Positions 52,394 to 64,000 of a stretch of 64,000 nt of DNA are shown piece by piece (the stretch's first letter is position 1; every line of letters starts with the position of its first letter). The notes beneath the pieces were generated by a model. That model did not search any database. It saw only the letters and a list, made by a program, of their open reading frames with translations, and was not told the DNA's origin. This DNA comes from Anthoceros angustus (taxonomy: Eukaryota > Plantae > Anthocerotophyta). The stretch is from positions 186,001-250,000 of the forward strand of contig MU008196.1 in NCBI GenBank assembly GCA_010909165.1, written 5' to 3'. Both the position numbers and the translations under genes were made by a program.

Positions 52394-54414
52394 AACACCC
52401 CCCACTGCGCAGCTAGTAAGGAAGCGACAAGTGCTGGCTTCCCAGCGGTCTAGAACCTCGACAATTCACTCCACAAGAGACTTGCACGATTCTCAACGCT
52501 CTCAACCTCACAACACAGCACTAGGCTCCAAGTAGCCCGCCGTCCACTGATGACTCGCAGGCCACCTCCTCGAGGTGCTACTCTTTATTGCAAGAATACA
52601 ACAATGGAATCTAGCTATCTACGCTCAACTGGCTACTACCCTTGATTCCATGACAAGCTCACTAGCTAGCTCTCCACACCTCTCTCAACACAAGGTTTGC
52701 AGCGCACACGTGCCTGCCCTCTCAAAGAGTGAGTCCCACTTGTTCCTCAAAGCCCTTGCTCTAGCTCTTATATATCCCGCAGCCTGTCCTCAACTAGGTA
52801 CCTGTTAAATCTAGGGATTCTTACAGACCACTGATCACTAAGAGTCCTCTCTAGGCAGCTCTTCATTTGTGGCTGTAGCAATTCCTCTCTAACAAGAGAT
52901 TGCATGAAGCATGCGTTTCTTAACATGGCAGCTACTAACTTAGCTTTTTCCCTTTTTCAACTTTTCACCTTTCTACCATATTTCACCAGTGCCGGTACTC
53001 TCTCCCCCACTAGGAAGATATCATTGTCCTCAATGACCTCTAGTATAACGCGAGATCATCCATGATCCTTGTTGCACGTCTTCAAGTGAAACCCAGACAG
53101 GATCTGCATAACCACGAAGCCTTACCAGATACTCAGGTACATTACCACGGACAGCAGGCACTTCTCTCTCTGCCAAGAATTCAACAATCTATCGCAGATC
53201 ATGATTGTATTGAACCAGGATGACATAATCCTTCCTGTTCATATCTTCACTTCTCTCTCTGCCAAGAATTCAACAATCTCTCGCAGATCATGATTGTATT
53301 GAACCAGGATGACATAATCCTTCCTGTTCATATCTTCATTATCTTCATTCTCGTTCGAAATCACAAATGGTTTCAGCAAAGAGACATGAAACACAATATG
53401 AGAGAAGATCCATTCAAGCAGCAGTAGTTTGTAAGCCACATTTCCCAGAACTACGAAAGGTAGCTAGCCATGCTTTAAGAGGGTCACAAGTGTCAAGAAA
53501 GCAAGTGTTCAGAATTGCAAAACTAAGACCACCTAAACGAGGCCTTAAAACACAAATGAAGAGCAACTTTGAGCAGACAACACAAAGACAATAGTCAAAG
53601 AGCTGAACCTACTGTAGCTAGCTGGTCACACCCCTTTTTAAACCCTAAAAAGTGTCACTCACCTTTCCTACTCAATATGGGGTATATGTTTCCTATTTAC
53701 CCACTTCTATATACTTATAGTAAGCTCAATCACCTACATCTTTTACGCATAGTCATATCCATCTTAACAAACTCAGTAAGCTGCATCCTCAACATGTGCA
53801 GCTAGTAAGGAAGCGACAAGTGCTGGCTTCCCAGCGGTCTAGGACCTCGCCAATTCACTCCACAAGAGACTTGCACAATTCTCATCGATCTCAACCTCAC
53901 AACACAGCACTAGGCTCCAAGTAGCCCGCCGTCCACTGACGACTTGCAGGCCACCTCCTCGAGGTGCTTCTCTTTATTGCAAGAATACAACAATGGAATC
54001 TGGCTATCTACGCGAGGAGGTGCTACTCTTTATTGCAAGAATACAACAATGGAATCTGGCTATCTACGCCCAACTGGCTACTGCCCTTGATTCCATGACA
54101 AGCTCACTAGCTAGCTCTCCACAGCTCTCTCAGCACACTTGACTGCCCTCTCAAAGAATGAGTCCCACTTGTTCCTCAAAGCCCTTGCTCTAGCTCTTAT
54201 ATATCCCGTAGCCTGACCTCAACTAGGTAGCTGTTAAATCCAGGAATTCTTACAGACCACTGATCACTAAGAGTTCTCTCTAGGCAGCTCTTCATTTGTG
54301 GCAATTCCTCTCTAATCTCTTGAAGATGCGTTTCTTAACATGGCAGCTACTAACTTAAATTTTTACCCTTTTTAACTTTTCACCTTTCTATCTTATTTCA
54401 CCAATACTATTACT
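52394..54414 (-). mobile_element. Deleted Ty3/gypsy chromovirus related to 18475-24125. 3' LTR 52394-52999, PPT 53000-53008, chromodomain/integrase tail, 5' LTR 53795-54414, TSD CTAGG
   Basis: ~600-bp direct repeats. HIVFHVSLLKPF and PEYLVRLRGYADPVWVSLEDVQQGSWMISRY are encoded. CTAGG lies at 52389-52393 and 54415-54419. Confidence 0.88.
53462..53794 (-). mobile_element. Copia family H LTR (lacking ~12 bp at its 3' end) inside the chromovirus
   Basis: It aligns with 19976-20309. Confidence 0.92.
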
Positions 54415-54885
54415 CTAGGCAGGGATACTAGGCTGAAACTGAAAAACATGGTACTACGCCGGGAAACTGAGCAGAAATTGGGCGATGCAATCTACCACCA
54501 GTAGAGGTGTGACCAGGCCAAAACCGACCATAAGAAATGTACCGTCACTCAAGGGCAGACAAAAAGTAAGCGAGACGACACACATTAATCAGAAATATAA
54601 TTAAGGGAGACACCTTTTAATGAATCCGCAGGAGTCTCGGACACCCTGAATCTTTCCAGTTGTTGTACCAATGAAACGGGGCAACTAAAGGACAACTGAT
54701 CAATTAACACAACTAATGGAGCCAACCGTTTCTATTCATCTGCCTGACCCTGCACCCTGGCAGCAGCAAGGGAACAGCAATGGGGAAGAAATCGGGTGGA
54801 TGGAAGTTTGCAAATTTCACATGGTTCAGCATAAACTCTGGCCATCCAAGAGTGCAAAGGTCCGGGACAACGTGGCTTACAAACA

Positions 54886-57744
<2,859 letters not shown>

Positions 57745-58508
57745 CCTTTGGACGACCGCAGCTGCAATCTTGTACAGGCCGGACCCCTGGAAGTATGTAC
57801 TAGCGAAGGCAAGCTGAAAGGAAGGGCAAGGATCACTTGTCACATCTCATGGTTTCAAAAGCTAAGGCCTGAACAACATGTAGAAGGAAAGGGATCAAAA
57901 TAAGTTGAGAACTCACTAGTTGAGAAGCGGACGACTTCTGCTGGTGAGGCCGAGGGGACTGCCGATGAATTCGTGAAGTGTGGTCAGCTTGACCTAAACT
58001 AGCCTTAGTCACCGCCTCCACCTTTGCCCTAACCTGGTCTTTTCATATTATTTTTATAATTGGAACCCCTAATCGGGACCCTTATAATTGGAAACCTTTT
58101 TATCGGGAGCTAAGCTTGGAAACCTGTTTTATAGCATGGAAACCTATTTTATTGGACAGGAGCACGGAAACTTCTTTCAATGGGGGCTTTGTAGTCCATT
58201 AGAATCCCAAAAATAGTAAAAATATATTTATAATTAGATATTAAATATTTCATTAATTTACATATTATAATTATAATATATTATAAGTATGATTTAAAAT
58301 TATTTATCGTGTTGCACGGGCACATCTTATTTATAGGATGTGTCCACGCAGCCCAAATTATTATTTAAAATCAAGGAGTGATAAAATAATACATATTTAG
58401 AGCACTATTCGCTAGGGCACCTTTAAATCCCTAGAATTAATGATTAATTAATTCTTAGGGCTAGAAGTAGTTTCTTAGGAAGTTACTTAAGTAGTAAGTT
58501 ATTATATC

Positions 58509-58627
58509 TGTTATAACGGTTGCAACAACCTCTAATCGTTTGTACTATATAAACACTTGCTCTAGGCAACATAATCAATGCTAAGAATCCTTTGAGCAAG
58601 CATGATTCTCATCATGGTATCAGAGCA
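58509..58627 (+). mobile_element. Copia LTR end with a canonical tRNA-iMet PBS (58615-58627); LTR left boundary uncertain
   Basis: ...CTCATCA is followed by TGGTATCAGAGCA, with TATATAAA upstream. Confidence 0.75.
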
Positions 58628-58667
58628 CCTTGCTCTGATACAATGATGAGAATCATGCTTGCTCAAA

Positions 58668-60440
58668 CTCGGGATGGTCCTCACGTTCAGGATCATCCAT
58701 TAGCACCGGATCATCCTCAACAGCATAGCCAAAATCAGGATTGGGATCATAATATGGATCAGCAGGTTCCGAGCCAGGAATATCTTCAAGGTGTTGAGGC
58801 TCTTCAAAGTCAAGATCTGGTGAGTCAGATTGTGGAAGAGGTACCAACTCCTCCTCCTCCTGCATGTCAGGAAGAACACGAGAAGCAGGAACTGGAAAAT
58901 GAGGAAGAGTATCGCTATCATCAAATAAAGAATGACCTTCATCAGTGTCGGGAGTGCCAGCGGCAGTAGCTCCCATTGAAGAAGAAAATAAGTGAGACTC
59001 GTGAAACGTAACGCTCCGTGCATAAAGGAGCTTGTGTGTAGAGGGGTCGAATAATTTATAGCTTTTAATACCTTCGGCGTAGCCAATAAAAGTACACTTG
59101 GCTGCTTTAGGATCTAATTTCTTGCATTGTACTTTAGGAATAAAGACGTAAGCAAGAGATCCAAATATTCGAAGATGTTCAATAGAAGGCTTGCGACCAA
59201 TAAAAGCTTCATATGGACTCATACCTTGAACTGTAGATGTGGGCAATCTGTTCATGAGATAGGTGGTTGTAAGGATAGCTTCAGCCCAATAGGATTTTGA
59301 TAACTTTGCTTGGGATAATAAGCAGCCAGTGATCTCTTGTAGATGTAGATTCTTATTTTCTGCTACACCATTTTGCTGAGGAGTATGAACTATTGAAAAT
59401 TGTTGAGCTATGCCTTCAGCTTGATAAAAATCAGCAAATGCTTGTGAGGTAAACTCGCCACCATTGTCGGAACGTAAGGTTTTGAGTTTTCTCTCTGTGA
59501 ATCTCTCAGCTGATGCCATTTAGTGCTTAAAGAAGTGAGATACATCACTCTTGTGTTTGATAATATAGGTAAGGATAAAGCGGGAGAAGTCGTCTGTGAA
59601 GGTTAGAAAATATCTACTTCCACTAAAGGAGAGATAGGTCCACAAATGTCTATATGAACAAGCTCAAGAGGCGATGACGCCCTCTATGGTGAGGTGTTCT
59701 TAAAAGGCGCTTGGTGTAGTTTGATGATGACACAAGCCTCGCACCAAGGTAGGTGCTGTATTCTGGAGAGACAAGGAGTTCTATGAAAATTTTCCTTAGA
59801 CATTTGAAGTAATTTCTTACTGTGGGGATAACCTAAACGACAATGTCAAAGCATGGTGTGAGTTGGGGTAGCAGAATTTTGGGACGCTACATTAATGAAA
59901 TGTGTGGGACCCACTTGGACTGACAATTTGTAAAGTCCATCTTCTAATGTGCCTGTGCACATAGCATATGATTTATTTTTGACATAGGAAATAAAACAGC
60001 TTTCTGTGTGAAGAGTTACTTGCCTACTGTGTTCTAAGTAGAGACTAGCAGTAGACATAAGATTTTTACACATGGATGGTACATGAAGGACATTGTTTAA
60101 TAGGAGAAGTTGGCCTAAATCACATCTGAGAACAACATGACCTACTCCAGCCCACCCAAGAGGACAGACTTTGTGTCCTGTGGTTGAGGAATAAGACTCA
60201 AAAGAGTTTTTTATCAGAACAGATATGGGAAGTGGGTCCACTGTCTAAGTACCAATAGGGGTTTGAAGGCTTTAAGGATGCCATGTAGTGGGAGCTGATG
60301 GTGTTGCCAAAGAGTGTCTCTTGACAGCAACATGCGCTCCAGGTGGGGCCTCTTTTCTAGGCTCGCCATTCTTCTTTTTTCTTCAGACCTTTTCCATGTA
60401 GTTTGGTTATTCTGCACCAAGAACAAATAATGCCACCCTT
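58668..60440 (-). mobile_element. Ty1/copia fragment (protease region, GAG-pre, integrase)
   Basis: LNNVLHVPSMCKNLMS, LRSDNGGEF, PQQNGVAE and HLRIFGS..KCTFIGY. Confidence 0.92.
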
Positions 60441-60530
60441 CTTGTTACCTTCTCGGGCTATAACTCCGTAGAAAGATAGTCGCGGCCTACACTGAGTTCG
60501 AGAATAGGGAAGAAACTTGGCCGTGTAATG

Positions 60531-62570
60531 TCACCAAGAGATTGGAGAGAAGGACCAGAGTTTGCATCCATTGCTATGGAATATGGGAGGGAACCAAGAA
60601 CGAAAGCTGAAGCACAACGCTCCCTTGTTGGATATCTCCTCGGAGGAAAAATTTCTTCTCTCAAGGGTTCTTCCTCATTGTTTCCCTCGTTAGGGATCAT
60701 TTCATTCCCATCAATCGGAATGACGTCTTTTCCAATTGGTTCTTGAGGTATCACAACCTCATGAACATCAACAATAGGAAATTTCTCACTATCTATAGCC
60801 TCCGCCTCATCAAAACCCACATCTCTACTTATGATGATGCGCCTAGATGCCTTGTCATACAATCTATAGGCCTTTCTATCAGTATCATAGCCTACAAAAA
60901 TGCACTCCAATGCCTTCCCTTCGAGCTTGCTCCTAACTTCTTTGGGTTTATGTGCAAAGGCTCTACACCTTAACACATGCAAGTGAGCAATAGAAGACTT
61001 CCTCCCTAACCAGCATTCCTTCAGTGTGATATCCTCTAGTGATGCACTTGCACTTCCATTAGTCACGTAGACAGCAGTTGCAATGGCTTCCCCCCAAAAT
61101 TCATAGCCCAATTGTTGATGATGAAGTATGCTCCTTGCACATTCTACCAAGGTTCTATTTTTCCTTTCTGCAACTCCATTTTGTTGAGGAGTGTAAGGGG
61201 CCAAAAATTGTTGCATAATTCCGTGCTCCATGCAAAACGTTTCAAAATCCTTGGACATATACTCATCTCCATTGTCACTCCTTAAAACTTTTATATTTCT
61301 ACAAATTTGATTCTCTACGAGTGCTTTATACTCCTTGAACTTCGATAAACAGGCATCCTTGGATTTAAGGAAGTAAACCTTAGTATATCTTGACTTGTCA
61401 TCTGTGAAAGTGAGGAAATACTTGGCCCCTCCTAGAGATGTGGTCTTCATGGGGCCACATATGTCTGAATGAATCAAATCTAGCACATGGTTAGCTCTAC
61501 TTCCTCCCTTTGGAAATGGAAATCGATGTTACTTTCCCATCATGCAACCTCTACAAATACCTATATCTTCCTCCTCTCCAAGCTCAAGTCCTCTTACCAT
61601 TTTTTTCTTCTCCATGAGCTTGATGTTTTGAACTCCAAGATGTCCTAATCTTTGGTGCCACAATAGTAGCTTGTTGTTGTGCTTTTGTACCACATTTGCC
61701 TCCATTCTTGAGCTTGGCACCACAGAGGTCACTCCAACTTTCTCAAACATCACTCTCAACCCTTGAAAGATAGTTGCGCCAACGGAGAAGAGGTTTTTGC
61801 TCAAGCCTGGCATATAGAGGACCTTCTTTAACATCCCACGAATAGGCCCTTTAGGGGTGGTCATGGAAAGATATATAACTTCTTCTCCCTCACATTTTTG
61901 GGCTGAATTGTCACCCAAATAAATGTTAGTTGCAGGAGTGGGTTTGAAAGAGTGAAACCAGGCCCCAGAAGCTCATTCTTCAGACCTGTTCCCCTTTTCC
62001 CTTCTTTTTGTCTCTTCATGTAAGAGTCTGCTGACAAGAATCTCAAAAGTCAAAGTCTCTATTCTTGACTCCAAAGCCACGATCAAGTTGTTGTATGACT
62101 CTGGAAGGCTTGCCAGAAGAGTCATCACCAAGGCATCATCTGACATAGGGGCTCCAACGGCTGCTAATTGTTGTGACAAACTCTTCACTTTGTCTACATG
62201 CTCAATGACACTGTCATTCTCAACCATTTGAAGAGCGAAGAACTTTCTCCTTAAAACAATCGGTTCACAAAGCTCTTGTTCTCATACAAGGCCTCCAGCT
62301 TTTGCCAAGCTTCCCTTGCAGTCTTACAAGAAGTCACATGCATTAGTTGTGCATCTTCCAAATTGAAGTGAATGGTTGCAAAAGCTTTGCTGCATACTCG
62401 TCCCACTTGGATTGTCACTCCACTTCTAGGGGCCGCTCGATCAGATCCCCCACAGCCTTTCTCGCCAACAGCTTAGTTCCCGATTGTATCCCCCACAGCC
62501 TTTCTCACCAACAAAGACCGCTAGTTCCCCACTATCCCCCACAGCCTTTCTCGGCCAATATGTCCTAACC
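60531..62570 (-). mobile_element. Copia family H internal region (gag, protease, integrase), degenerate
   Basis: LLASLPESY, LWHQRLGH..CRGC, LIHSDICGP, LRSDNGDEY and PQQNGVAERKNRTL. It shares sequence with 25450-25620 and ~26985-27503. Confidence 0.93.
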
Positions 62571-62579
62571 GCAATGCCA

Positions 62580-63800
62580 CAAGGAAACATTTGGTGCTCA
62601 CACGATCACATGATCTTTGGATGTTTACACAAGTAGTACAAAGTGCCACACTTGATCCACGAGCTAACACAAGAGAACCTTTGGAGATCTTCCAAGAGTG
62701 ATCCCCAAACCAAAGTGGTAACCATCATCCAAGCATCTGCGCTAATCATGCTCTTTGTCAACTTGAACATGCCTAACGTCCTTGACAATGAAGATCCGTT
62801 GTCAAACTTGAGTTGCACATCACCGCTGCGATCGGCATGCGTAGTTATTTCCAAGCCTAACGCATCCTTTCCTTGTAGCATCATACGTGCTAAACCACTC
62901 TCTATGAGGAGTAACATGGAAAGATGCACGAGTCAATTATCCAATTGCGATAAATGACTATCCACGGTGTGCGCATTCAAGTAAGAAGAGATAAGGACAT
63001 CTCCGTCCTCAACAGTTTAACTCTTCCAACTGACATTGATCGCCTTCTTGTCGTCCCTTCTTCTCTTTTCCTTGGTCCTTTTGAACTTCTCTCTCTTTTG
63101 AAGTGACCCCTTTTGTGACAATAGTGACACTCCACATTCTTATTACGACTACGAGATTTGCTACGAGAAAAGCTTCATCGGTTGCTTCCCTTCGATGGAC
63201 CTCCCTCTCACTATGAGGGCACTTTGGAACCTTTGGAAGGTTCCATGTTTTCTGTTCACCTCCTCGGTTAACAGGCTACCTTCTACATTTACAATGGTAA
63301 GACCACTAGCGAGGCGAATTACTCTGTCTGAAAGGTGTCCCAACTCTGCAGTAATGTGACCAACGAAACATAGCTCTCACGGAATGCAGGATGTGATACC
63401 TTGAGATGAGGAGTGGTGAAAATGGTATTGAAATCATTAGATGATCGGACATCCTCGTCCCTTCCTTCATCTTCAAGTCCACCATTTGTTTCAACCAATA
63501 CACGAGAAGCCGCACTTTGCTTCTCATACAGTCCTGCAACGCCACAGTCCGTAACTTCGTGGTCTTATCTTTCACATTGAAGTATGTTTTGACAATGTTA
63601 GCATGATAGTAGATCTAGCAAGCTCATCCAGTCACGCCACTCATCACGTCATACTATACGGTTTGGCCTTCTGACTTTATGGGCTTGATGCACTTTTACG
63701 CACTAGAACATTATACACTTGTTCTTTCGAGCAGGAAGTTAGTACCATCTAACTTCTCGATATTGAACATAGCGTTTTCGATGATGAAGACATCATGACT
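62580..63800 (-). mobile_element. Another degenerate copia gag-protease fragment
   Basis: FNIEKLDGTN at the start, then LKQMVDLKMKEGTRMSDHL and GDVQLKFDNGS. Confidence 0.7.
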
Positions 63801-64000
63801 CAAAAATCGTCTGAGATAAAACACTCAACTCGCCTTTTAGAAAAGTCAAAGAAAAAAGTCACCGTCTGTATTAGCTGTATTGTTGTTTATTCCAAGTATT
63901 CGAATATTTAGAAAATTTTACGCTCGTCACCTATTCAAGGCCTGCACTGGCTGCCGCTGCGCCGGTAGCCGCCGCGCGCCGCTGGCGCCGCGCCGCGCGC

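Larger units (their letters stand above)
52302..54480. repeat. ~39-bp minisatellite split by an LTR element (52302-52393 and 54415-54480)
   Basis: ATGGTACTACGCAGGGATACTAGGCAGAAACTGAAAAAA-like units occur on both sides of the element. Confidence 0.8.

Noticed and set aside
52547-52580. CTGATGA and CTCCTCG motifs in the LTR as a hammerhead/HDV ribozyme (retrozyme)
   Set aside because: I could not build a GAAA core or the required helices, and the second LTR copy reads CTGACGA.
58040-58330. GGAAAC repeats and CGTGTTGCACGGG as a Helitron 3' end
   Set aside because: The hairpin is degenerate and there is no CTRR terminus, so the evidence is too weak to call.
63940-64000. GC-rich GCC/GCG run at the window edge
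   Set aside because: It is truncated by the window boundary and cannot be interpreted.

Overview
This is eukaryotic nuclear DNA, most likely from a non-seed land plant (inferred from intron structure and TE lineages). It holds two intact spliced host genes: an NDR/LATS-family AGC kinase (+, 13 exons, 12786-18348) and a Ded1/DDX3-type DEAD-box helicase (-, 6 exons, 54886-57744). A third gene, an SREK1/At3g23900-like RRM-RS splicing factor (-), lacks its 5' end. The rest is nested retroelement debris: two related Ty3/gypsy chromoviruses, at least four Ty1/copia families, two RTE/RTEX-like LINEs, a retroelement-associated PHD finger and minisatellites. The most interesting signals are: (1) a chromovirus family with non-canonical AGT...ACT LTR ends, 5-bp TSDs and an altered chromodomain; (2) a copia family with a 346-bp LTR, primed by the tRNA-iMet half-molecule, whose seven LTR copies all lie in or against other retroelement sequence and which forms a 1-kb fold-back; (3) an intact PHD finger in retroelement context; (4) LINEs sharing a 3' stem-loop, one with a (CTTGAA)n tail. 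Many 0.5-1.6 kb tandem duplications carry indels clustered at their junctions and are probably assembly artefacts. All coordinates were read by eye and no database search was run.
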